Shown here: piece by piece, positions 1 through 8,613 of the stretch
Numbering within the stretch: position 1 is the stretch's first letter
How the letters are laid out: every line of letters begins with the position of its first letter
DNA from: a bacterium
Lineage (GTDB): Bacteria > Armatimonadota > Fimbriimonadia > Fimbriimonadales > Fimbriimonadaceae
DNA length: 64,000 bases
Reading direction: 5' to 3'
NCBI GenBank assembly: GCA_037189405.1
Contig: JBBCJD010000003.1
Location: 84,824-148,823, forward strand
Notes under the pieces: generated by a model
Seen by the model: the letters and a program-made list of their open reading frames with translations, nothing else
The model's database searches: none
What the model was told of the DNA's origin: nothing
Program-made: the position numbers and the translations under genes

Positions 1-1
1 C

Positions 2-1444
2 CTCAGCCCGGACATCGAGACCCGCGTGGTCCCGACGTACAGCCGCCAGGTGAGCAAGATCCGCGAGTCGCTGAGCGAACTCCTGAAGTCCGACCCGCGC
101 CACGACCGATTCCACGTCAGCGACTCGATGAGTAGCGAAGACGGCGTGAGCCTGCTGATGATCACGGGTCCCAAAGACTCGCTCGACTACCTCGTCACGT
201 TCGCGCAGTCGCTGGATCGCGGCATCGCGAGCGTTGCGGGGATTCGCGTGCCGGTCAACGCCGAAGAGGCGCAGCGCCGGTACCAACTCGTCGACCTCAA
301 GAACGCCGAGCCCCTGCAAGCCGCGCACCATCTGCAAGCGCTGATCCCCGGCCTGCGCGCTTCACTTCTGCCTCAGCCCGTCGATCCTTACACCTACGGT
401 CCCGAGGATCCGGTGAACCAAATCCGCGTCAAGCAGCCGCCTCGCGGAGAGAACATGCTGGGTTCGTCCGCCGAGCAGAAAGTTCAGCAGGCCAGCAGCC
501 AGGGTGAGGGCGGACAGGCGCAGGGTGCCGCCGGAGCGATGAGCTCCAGCGCGACCGGCGCGAACCTCAGCAAGCCGCTGGGTACCGAGCCGATGAAGCT
601 CCTGCTCTTCGGTACGGCCAGCCAGATCGCCGAAGCCAAAGAGCTCCTGGCTCAGATCGACATCGCGCCCGAGACCGTGGCGGTCGAAATGCGCGTCATG
701 CAGCTGAGCAAAGAGGATGCGCTGCGCATCGGCATCGACTGGAGCCTGCTGACCGGCGGCACCGTCCAGTCGCTTCGCGTCAACCAGAACCCCGGTGTTT
801 CGGCGGGCAATGCGGGCTCGGTGAGCGGCAGCCTCGGTCTCGACGGTGGCGGCACGCTGGGCATCCTCGGCGCGCTGGACAAAATCGACGATCAGAATAA
901 GATCCTCGCCCGCCCGAACATTCTGGCGAACTCGGGACGCCCCACCCAGATCTTCGTGGGCGACGAAGTGCGCTACGTCGAGTCGATTCAATCGAGCTCG
1001 AACGGCACCACCGTCACCTCGAAATCGATCAATACGGGTGTGACGCTCACCGTGACGCCGCGCGTCGGCGCCGACGGTAACATCACCGTCGAGCTGATGC
1101 CCGAGCTCAGCGTGCTCACGGGCTTCACCACGCCGGTCGAAGGGGTTCAGCTCCCGCAGACCAGCGTGCGCCGCGCGCAAAGCATCGTGACAATGAAGGA
1201 CGGCGAGACGATCGCGATCGGCGGCCTCATCCAGGAGCAGGATCGCCTGAACTATTCCGGCATCCCGATCCTCAAGGATCTGCCGATCATCGGCCAGCTC
1301 TTCGGTCGCACGAGCAAGAGCAAGGTCCGATCCGAGGTGGTGTTCTTCCTGACGGTGCGCCGCGTGAACCCGGAGACCCGCGGAAAGGCCGCTTCGCCTC
1401 GCGAGAGCGAGAAGATCAACCCGAACGAGATGCGAGAGCCCTAA
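2..1444 (+). CDS. Secretin (PilQ/GspD family), 5'-partial; frame stays open to the window edge
   Basis: Secretin C-domain motifs ILARPNILANSGRPTQIFVGDEVRYV, GVTLTVTPRVGADGNITVEL, IPILKDLPIIGQLFG. No stop between nt 2 and the GTG at 26. Confidence 0.8.
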   Translation, partial: LSPDIETRVVPTYSRQVSKIRESLSELLKSDPRHDRFHVSDSMSSEDGVSLLMITGPKDSLDYLVTFAQSLDRGIASVAGIRVPVNAEEAQRRYQLVDLKNAEPLQAAHHLQALIPGLRASLLPQPVDPYTYGPEDPVNQIRVKQPPRGENMLGSSAEQKVQQASSQGEGGQAQGAAGAMSSSATGANLSKPLGTEPMKLLLFGTASQIAEAKELLAQIDIAPETVAVEMRVMQLSKEDALRIGIDWSLLTGGTVQSLRVNQNPGVSAGNAGSVSGSLGLDGGGTLGILGALDKIDDQNKILARPNILANSGRPTQIFVGDEVRYVESIQSSSNGTTVTSKSINTGVTLTVTPRVGADGNITVELMPELSVLTGFTTPVEGVQLPQTSVRRAQSIVTMKDGETIAIGGLIQEQDRLNYSGIPILKDLPIIGQLFGRTSKSKVRSEVVFFLTVRRVNPETRGKAASPRESEKINPNEMREP

Positions 1445-2400
1445 AGGGAAACTCTCCAGAGATGAAACCAGGGTCGCGGGATTTTCCGCGGCCCTGGTTC
1501 TTTTTTGAAGTTTTCTTCCTCGACCGAAAAACCCTTTTAATCCAGAGTCGATCTAGGAAGACAGAAGAACGATCGGGACCCAACCACAGGTGCAGAAGGG
1601 CGAGGGCTGACCTTTCAATCCAGGCTCGACCGAAGAACGAGGAATGCCTCCCTAGCGCTTTCATCGGCCCCTACCCCGCGCGAAACCTAGGAACGGCGCT
1701 CCTCCGATTTAAGACGATTCACCCGAGAGATCATCCCTCCGCCGCCAGACACGGGCCACCTGAGAAAGTCGCGGGATTTCTGCAGCCCTGTTTCTTCTTC
1801 GACCGAGAAACCCTTTTAAATCCAGAGTCGATCTAGGAAGACAGAAGAACGATCGGGGCCCAATCACAGGTGCAGGAGGGCGAGGGCTTGGCCTTTCAAT
1901 CCAGGCTCGACCGAAGAAGGAAGAACGCCTCCCCTGCGCTTTCATCGGCCCCAACCCCCGCAAAACCTAGGAGCAATGCTCCATCGTTGTCAAGACGATT
2001 CGCTCGAGAGGCCCTTCCTCCTCCGGCAGACGCAAGCCACCCCTTCTGAGAGAAGCGCGAGATTTTCACACCCTATTTTTAAGGTTTCTTCGATCGAAGC
2101 CCTTTCGATCCAGAGTCAACCAAGGAAGGAATGAAGAACTAAGCCTCCCCGGCGCGCGCTTTCCTCGACTCTGCCCTCCACAAAATCTGGGAGCAGCGCT
2201 CCGCCGAATTCAAGACGATTTACCCAAGACTATCCTTCTTCGGACGACACGAGCCACCCCTCTTCTGGGAAAGTCGCGAAACTTGATCCCCGTCATATTC
2301 CCTGGCGACAACGAATCCCGCTCCTCACGTTCTCGACCGCGCAAATCGACTGCCTCAAGGCCCAATAAAGCAAAACCCACCACCTCGGCACTCTTGGGCA
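1412..2400. repeat. Diverged tandem array of about 4 units (~299, 281, 220, ~190 bp) starting inside the secretin 3' end
   Basis: Unit starts AAGATCAACCCGAACGAGAT (1412) and AAGACGATT... (1711, 1992, 2212). Units 0 and 1 share a ~110-bp near-identical core. Motif CCTTTNAATCCAGRSTCGA occurs at 1532, 1611, 1811, 1892, 2100. Confidence 0.7.
1466..1506 (+). terminator. Intrinsic terminator after the secretin gene
   Basis: 14-bp stem AACCAGGGTCGCGG/CCGCGGCCCTGGTT (one mismatch), 6-nt loop, then CTTTTTT. Confidence 0.6.
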
Positions 2401-2625
2401 TCGTTCTTATCCCCCGAGAATGGATATGACCGATGCGCCAACCCAAGTCGCATTGCACCAACACTTTGGACATCGACCTCCACCCCGCGAGTGGATCGGG
2501 CGATGCGCCAGCCTAAGCCGCACGGCACCTAATACTCTTGGACATCGACCTCCACACCCCCGAGAGCAACTTTGCGGCACGCGCCTAGCGCAATCACCCG
2601 CAATGCCCAAGACTTTTCAAGAGGC
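2391..2625. repeat. About 3.3 diverged tandem units of 71-75 bp
   Basis: Recurring CTCTTGGRCATCG...CCCCGAGAG...GCGCC blocks starting near 2391, 2464, 2535, 2610. Confidence 0.55.
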
Positions 2626-2867
2626 AAGGCTAAAAAGGCGCTCGCTCACCTCTTAGCTGCTTCTCTCACGGGTTCTTGATCCTCCCCGCCAACGCCGCGC
2701 GAAACCTTCCTTCGCGCACTCGCGGACCACGCCATCCTCGCCCGAACGCCACCCGGGCTCCAATTCTTCGTTCACAACCAGCCCTAGCCGCCTCCGTTCG
2801 AGAGTAAGAGCGCCTCTTTTTCCGTTTCGAATCCTGCCCTCTTGCGACGGCGAGTATCCTTAGCTGC

Positions 2868-3479
2868 GTGATCGCGTCTTCCCTTCCCCGCCTCGGCATC
2901 CTCGTCGGCCCCAAAGGCCGGGGCACGAATTTGCGAGCGATCCAAGAGGCGTGTGCCGCGGGCGAGGTTCCGGCTGAGATCGGGCTCGTCGTAAGCCCGA
3001 AAGCCGATAACCCCGCATCGCTCTGGTCGGCCGAGCAGGGGCTGGCCGTGCGGACGATCCCCCCGACCGAGGAGCGTTACGGCGAAGCGCTCGCCGAGGC
3101 GCTTCGAGACGCGAACGTTCGATGGGTGTGTCTCGCGGGCTACCTTCGCCTTCTGCCCGCCGAGGTTCTGGAGGCGTTCTCGGACCGGGTGTTGAACATC
3201 CACCCCGCGCTGCTTCCGAAATTCGGAGGCCAGGGCATGTACGGACTGCGGGTCCACGAGGCGGTCGTCGCGGCGGGGGAATCCGAGTCCGGCTGCACGG
3301 TGCACCGGGTCACCGAACGCTACGACGAGGGCCAGGTGCTCGTGCAACGCCGCTGCCCGGTCCTGCCGGACGACACCGCCGAGACGCTCGCCGCACGCGT
3401 GCTGGAAGAAGAAAAGCGCGCGTATCCCGAAGCGCTTCGTCTTGTCTTGCGGACTGACGCCCCGGCCAAATCGCTTTAA
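2868..3479 (+). CDS. purN: Phosphoribosylglycinamide formyltransferase
   Basis: GRGTNLRAI, VCLAGYLRLL, VLNIHPALLPKFGG, GCTVHRVTERYDEG motifs; ~200 aa. Confidence 0.85.
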   Translation: MIASSLPRLGILVGPKGRGTNLRAIQEACAAGEVPAEIGLVVSPKADNPASLWSAEQGLAVRTIPPTEERYGEALAEALRDANVRWVCLAGYLRLLPAEVLEAFSDRVLNIHPALLPKFGGQGMYGLRVHEAVVAAGESESGCTVHRVTERYDEGQVLVQRRCPVLPDDTAETLAARVLEEEKRAYPEALRLVLRTDAPAKSL

Positions 3480-3520
3480 AATCGGCGAAAGCGCATCCCT
3501 CTTCCCTCGCTCCTCCGTCT

Positions 3521-4156
3521 GTGTATCAAGCGAACCCTACGACCATGCCCCCCACGCTCTCTTTCCGACTCGTTCACTGGTTCGGTCGTGCACTGATGCT
3601 GGCGCTTGGCCCCGTCCGCGCCTCCGGCGCCTACCGCGTCCCGCGCGAGGGCGGCGTGCTGATCCTCGCGAACCACCTCTCGGACTGTGACCCGGTCGTT
3701 CTTCAGGTCGGCTGCCCGCGCCCGATCCGGTTCATGGCGAAAAGCGAACTGTTCGAGATACGGGTGCTCGGGCCACTGATCCGGGCGTTCCAGGCGTTCC
3801 CCGTCCGGCGCGACGCGCCGGACCGCAAAGCCTTGCAGCAGGCCGCCGAGCTGCTGAAAGCGGGCCACGCGGTGTGTATCTTCCCCGAAGGTCGGCTCAG
3901 CGAAGACGGCCAACTTCAAGAGCTCAAGGCCGGCGTGGCGCTCGTGGCCCGGATGGCGCAGGTCCCCGTGATCTGCGCGGGACTGATCGGCACGAACCGC
4001 GTGCTGCCCTACGGCAAGTTCGTCCCGCGCCCGAGCTTTCGTCGCACCGAGGTGCGCTGGGGAGAGCCGCGCCACTTCGACGCGCACGTCTCGGCCGAAG
4101 AGTTTTTGGCTTGGGCCGAGGGGCAGCTTCGCTCACTCACGGGTCAAGAGCGCTAA
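3521..4156 (+). CDS. 1-acyl-sn-glycerol-3-phosphate acyltransferase-like (PlsC family)
   Basis: Acyltransferase motifs NHLSDCDP, FMAKSELF and FPEGRLSEDG. Confidence 0.75.
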   Translation: MYQANPTTMPPTLSFRLVHWFGRALMLALGPVRASGAYRVPREGGVLILANHLSDCDPVVLQVGCPRPIRFMAKSELFEIRVLGPLIRAFQAFPVRRDAPDRKALQQAAELLKAGHAVCIFPEGRLSEDGQLQELKAGVALVARMAQVPVICAGLIGTNRVLPYGKFVPRPSFRRTEVRWGEPRHFDAHVSAEEFLAWAEGQLRSLTGQER

Positions 4157-4224
4157 AGGGTGGACGGAGGCCCCCCGGGTTGGGCACAATGGGACGAAGG
4201 CAACTCGCCCAAGGAGATGAACCC

Positions 4225-4815
4225 ATGATTCAAGCCCTCCGGCTCACACTGGCACTCGCCCCGCTTCTCACATTCGCGCACGCCGCGGAAAAAAGCTTCT
4301 CGTTCGGCAAAGGCAGCGCCACCCAGCAGCTCGTCACCTTCGAAAGCGTGGCGGACTTCGAAACGTTCGTCGGCCGCACCAACCAGATCTCCGGCACGGT
4401 GAAGTTCGACCCGACCACGCGCAAAGGCTCGGGATGGCTGGAATTCGACGTCGACAAGCTCGAAACCGGGATCGAGATGCGCGATAAGGCGATGAAAAGC
4501 CACTGGCTGCACGCCGACAAGCACCCCAAAGTCCGCTTCGAGACCACGCAGGTCGAGCATCGCAAAGGGGACGAGTACCGCGTGCGCGGCAAACTGACCC
4601 TCGAAGGGATCACGCGCGACGTCGACGCGGTCGCGATCGTGCGCTATTTGCCCCAAAGCGAAGAGACCGACAAGGCGCGCTTCAAAGGGGACGTGCTGCA
4701 TATCCGCACCACGCTGAAGATCAAGCTCAGCGACTTCGGCATCAAGGGCGCGGGCTCCAAAGTCAACGACGAAATCACGCTCGGCTTCACGGCTTTCGGC
4801 CAAACGGGGCTTTAA
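4225..4815 (+). CDS. YceI-like periplasmic protein
   Basis: Signal peptide MIQALRLTLALAPLLTFAHA. YceI-type GTVKFDP...LEFDVDKLETG...HPKVRFE...GKLTLEGITRDV. AAGGAG RBS 8 nt upstream of ATG 4225. Confidence 0.75.
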   Translation: MIQALRLTLALAPLLTFAHAAEKSFSFGKGSATQQLVTFESVADFETFVGRTNQISGTVKFDPTTRKGSGWLEFDVDKLETGIEMRDKAMKSHWLHADKHPKVRFETTQVEHRKGDEYRVRGKLTLEGITRDVDAVAIVRYLPQSEETDKARFKGDVLHIRTTLKIKLSDFGIKGAGSKVNDEITLGFTAFGQTGL

Positions 4816-4846
4816 GAAAAAAGAGGCAGGCGGTACCCTTAAAGGG

Positions 4847-5935
4847 ATGATCGCCTGCCTCGCCAAAAATCACCGCGCCCACCTGCTTTTCGCGGAGCTC
4901 GCGAAACTCGACCCGAGGTACCGCGATCTCGGTGTCGGCACGATCTCGAAAAAGGCCCTGCTCAAAGGCGCGCTCCACTCGCTCAGCGGGGATCTGCGAG
5001 CCGTCAAGCTCGACGCCCGCCGCTCGCGAGAGGCCTACGCCAGTCTCACCGCCTCGTGCCAAGAGCTGCTGGACACCGCCGACGAGCCGATCGAATCGGT
5101 GCTGTACTGGGGCGCGACGAACTGGCCGATGGACCGTACCAAAGCCAAGCTGCCGTTTTCGATCGTCACGGACGGCCCTTTCGATCCGGACGACCCCACT
5201 TACCCCGTCGAATGGATTCCCCGCAAGTGGCCCCAGGGGTACCTGGAGTTCCAGCGCGAGCTGTTCCTGCGCGCGCAACGCATCTTTACGCTCTCCGATT
5301 GGGCTCGAAACAAGATCCTCGCGATCCACCCCGTCCCCCCGGAAAAGGTCGTACGCATCGGATGGGGCCCGCTTGCCTGCATGGGTCCGGCCCTAACGCT
5401 CCCCAAAGAGGGCGAGCATTACTTCCTGAGCGTGGGAACCGAATGGGCGCGCAAGTCGATGGATTTGATCGCTGAGGCGGGCAGCGCCCTCCACCGCGAG
5501 TTCCCTCACGTCCGCACCCTCCTCGTAGGCAAGCCCGACGGGCTCAAGATCCCGCCCATGCCCGGTGTCGAGCTCGTCCCACACGAAACCCCGCTTCCCG
5601 TGGTTCAGGCCCTGATGCGCCAAGCCAGCGCGCTGATTGTGGCCTCCCGCTTCGACGCCAGCCCCCATGTGATCTACGAAGCCCTTCAGTACGGCACCCC
5701 GGTCATCGGCACCCGTGTCTGCGGCATCCCGGAGGCGATCCACGCCCCGGACGGCGGGATCGTCATCGAAACGCCGAAGACCGATCTGATCGAAAGCGCG
5801 ATGCGCCAGATCCTCACCTCGCCGCAAACGGCGCTCCGCGCCGCCGCGCGCGGGGTCTATGAGCGAAGTGGCGGCTGGGGTGGGTGCGCCCAAATCGTGC
5901 ACGCCTCGCTTTCCGAGCTCGAGCTTTCCTCCTAA
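4847..5935 (+). CDS. Glycosyltransferase (GT-B, group 1 like)
   Basis: C-terminal ASRFDASPHVIYEALQYGTPVIGTRVCGIPEAI, typical of GT1/GT4 enzymes. Confidence 0.7.
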   Translation: MIACLAKNHRAHLLFAELAKLDPRYRDLGVGTISKKALLKGALHSLSGDLRAVKLDARRSREAYASLTASCQELLDTADEPIESVLYWGATNWPMDRTKAKLPFSIVTDGPFDPDDPTYPVEWIPRKWPQGYLEFQRELFLRAQRIFTLSDWARNKILAIHPVPPEKVVRIGWGPLACMGPALTLPKEGEHYFLSVGTEWARKSMDLIAEAGSALHREFPHVRTLLVGKPDGLKIPPMPGVELVPHETPLPVVQALMRQASALIVASRFDASPHVIYEALQYGTPVIGTRVCGIPEAIHAPDGGIVIETPKTDLIESAMRQILTSPQTALRAAARGVYERSGGWGGCAQIVHASLSELELSS

Positions 5936-6120
5936 ACCCCGCAAAATTACGGTCCATCTTCCTCACGCGTCTCGCCGATGTTTCTTTGGGGCGCGCGAGG
6001 ACGTTTGCTTTCGTCCAAAAGTTCTCCCAAAAGCCCCTCTCCAGTCAGACTCGCACAAATACGTGCAACCTCGAAAGATAGGGGTGGAACTGCTTCTCTG
6101 GCGGCTTTTACGAGAACGTT

Positions 6121-8016
6121 ATGAGACATTTTCCCATTCGCATCTTCGCGGCTTTAGGCTCGTTCCTCCTCCTCGCGGGGCAGACGCTCGCCCAGACGGA
6201 CGACAGCGTATGGATCAACGCGCAGATTCAGGCCGCGATCCAAGCGGGGCGAAACTCCTACTTCCTGCCCGCCGGGGTGTACAACCTCGAAAAGCAAATA
6301 GTGATTCCGGCCGGGACCAAGAACTTCACGCTGAGCGGCGCGGGCCCCGAAGAGACGCTGCTCCGCACACCGACCGTTCGCATCAAACAAGCGATCCGCG
6401 TCGGAATCGAAGGCCAAAACCACAGCAAATGGGGTCTGCGAAACGTTCCGAACACCGCGGTATTTCCGGTCAGCGAAGGCTCGACCACGATCCGCCTCGA
6501 TCCGAGCGAGCCGCCGATCGCCCCCGGAATCTACTACCTCCACGACGAAAGCCGCGTGCGCCATACCGACACCGTTTCGACGGGCTACAACCACGGCGAG
6601 CTGGTCCGGGTCACTCGTTACAACGGGGTAAGCCACTCCGTATCGGTTCAAGTCCCGCTCGGACGCGATTACGATTTCGCGCCCGTGAAGCTGGCCTACG
6701 TCGAACCGCAGGTCTGCCAGAATATCACGGTCGAAGGAATCGGCTTCGACGGCCTGACGGCCGGCGGACAGGGCAGCTACGGGCTCGTTTACGCGTGTCT
6801 CGTCGAAGGACTGATCTGCCGCAACGTCAAAGTCCGTAACTTCTTCACGGGCGGCATCTTTACACTCTGGTGTAACAACACCTTGGTAGAGAACGCCGAC
6901 ATCGCCGACGGCGTCAGCGGCGGCGCGGGCGAGGGCTACGCGATCTACTTCGCGCAGTCGCGTTTCGCGACGGTCCGCAACACCCGTGCGGCGAATTGCC
7001 GCCACGGGTTCCTGGTGCACACCGGAACGATGGATGTGCTGTTCGACAACTGCGTCGGCGAGCGCGCCAGCTTCGACACCCACGGCTTCGACGAGCGCCG
7101 CATCACGTTCTACCGCTGCACGGGTTTGAGCACGGGTGTGGACATCGGAAACGCGGCCTGGCTCGCCGGTGGCAAAGACATCAAATTGATCGAGAGTCGC
7201 TTCGATTACGCGATCAAACTGTACGCGAACACCCGCGGCACCGAAATCATCAAATGCTCGTTCCGACAGCTCACCGTTCGCTCGGACGCGAACCGCGTCG
7301 GTGCGATCCCGACCGGCGGCATCGTCGAGAGCGCCAAAATCGTGGATAGCGAACTGATCTCGGGCGAGTGGTGCCTCAACAGCTTCCGCACGATCAACTG
7401 CGGCACGATCACCTTCCAAAACTGCCTGCTCCGCAACACCAACGCCTCTTGGGGGCGCATCATCGAATTGACCGAAGGCGCCGGGACGCTCAACTTCATC
7501 GGCTGCCGCTTTGTGAATGATTCGACCTACGTTCCGATCCGAGTCTCCACCACGCAAGGACTGACCCTCAACATCCAGAACACGACGTTCCGAAGCCAAG
7601 GCGGGGGCCAAGGCGCGATCCAATTCCTGGGCACCTACAACGGACGCTTCTCGCTCATGAATAACCGCTTCGAGACCACCCGAAGCGCGCAAGCCACCCC
7701 GCTCGCCCGATTCCTATTCAACGACGCAAACGCCACCGGCGTAGAATACAACTCCGAGGTCGTCTTCCAAGTCCAAGCAGCCGACAACCTCGGCCAGGTC
7801 GTCGTCAGCCGACAAGACGCCGCCCCGATCGTCCCGACTTCCAGTTCGCCAGGCGGAACGACGATCCCGCTCACGAACGAACAGCGCCAGACGCTTCTGG
7901 CAAACCTTCAGCGGCTCCGCCAACTCCGCGCAAAAATCTCCGCGGGGCAGACCCGCCTCCAACCCACGGGCCCGAACTGGCTCTCCCAGATCGGCCGCGT
8001 CTGGCCGGCACGCTAG
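6121..8016 (+). CDS. Secreted right-handed beta-helix (pectin-lyase fold) protein
   Basis: Signal peptide MRHFPIRIFAALGSFLLLAGQTLAQ; repeated short N/G/I-rich turns (ITVEGIGFDG, VRNFFTGGI, LVENADIADG, VRNTRAANCRHG). Confidence 0.6.
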   Translation: MRHFPIRIFAALGSFLLLAGQTLAQTDDSVWINAQIQAAIQAGRNSYFLPAGVYNLEKQIVIPAGTKNFTLSGAGPEETLLRTPTVRIKQAIRVGIEGQNHSKWGLRNVPNTAVFPVSEGSTTIRLDPSEPPIAPGIYYLHDESRVRHTDTVSTGYNHGELVRVTRYNGVSHSVSVQVPLGRDYDFAPVKLAYVEPQVCQNITVEGIGFDGLTAGGQGSYGLVYACLVEGLICRNVKVRNFFTGGIFTLWCNNTLVENADIADGVSGGAGEGYAIYFAQSRFATVRNTRAANCRHGFLVHTGTMDVLFDNCVGERASFDTHGFDERRITFYRCTGLSTGVDIGNAAWLAGGKDIKLIESRFDYAIKLYANTRGTEIIKCSFRQLTVRSDANRVGAIPTGGIVESAKIVDSELISGEWCLNSFRTINCGTITFQNCLLRNTNASWGRIIELTEGAGTLNFIGCRFVNDSTYVPIRVSTTQGLTLNIQNTTFRSQGGGQGAIQFLGTYNGRFSLMNNRFETTRSAQATPLARFLFNDANATGVEYNSEVVFQVQAADNLGQVVVSRQDAAPIVPTSSSPGGTTIPLTNEQRQTLLANLQRLRQLRAKISAGQTRLQPTGPNWLSQIGRVWPAR

Positions 8017-8613
8017 CGGGCTCAGATGGGGGGCCTGCCGCAAAACCCACTTGCGACCCGGCTCCCCGCTCCCTCTTTCCCACCCCATCTAAAAGGGAGC
8101 TCCATAACGGAAACTAGCTCCAAGGGTGTTTCATCGAGCGTTCGCCCGCAGAACCTTTCACTTTTCCGATCCTACCGAAACCCTTCTTCCGACCCGCTCC
8201 GACTCTTGGAGAGGCTCTCCATTCTTGAGAAGTCTCCCCCTCTATTAACACAGTGCTTCCCTCCCGTGCTGCTCCGACACCCTGGCAAGCTTTCCTCCTC
8301 CTCTTCCTCTACCGCCGGAACACCTCTCGACCCGTTTCCACCGAAGGGCTTGCGTTTCAGCGGAAGCTTTAAACACCTCCCTACTCCATTGCACGGCCCT
8401 CCCGACACTCCAACGAACCGGAGTCCACGGATTTTCCAACCCAAGACCCAACTCTTCCGAAACGCCCTTCTTCTGCCTCCCCCATCGGTGCAAGTCAACC
8501 GGACAGAACCGGATCTCACGGGCTTTCTCACTCCTAGGTTTATCCCTTCCAAAGCGCTACGATCTCACCCACCAAGCCTAGAGCCCCACACCCGACTCCC
8601 CCAGAAAAGGCGA

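Noticed and set aside
1412-2400. Diversity-generating retroelement (VR/TR) or silent-cassette explanation for repeats that copy a gene 3' end (also at 24306-24556).
   Set aside because: - There is no reverse transcriptase or accessory (Avd-like) gene in the 64 kb.
- Differences between copies are not confined to adenine positions.
- The copied coding part is only ~10-20 codons.
- Most of each unit is non-coding terminator-flank sequence.
2626-2867. Purine riboswitch or other known leader upstream of purN (also checked upstream of purM, pyrD and the efflux genes).
   Set aside because: I could not recognise the conserved purine-riboswitch core or any other Rfam-like motif by eye. A covariance-model scan would be needed, so none is claimed.
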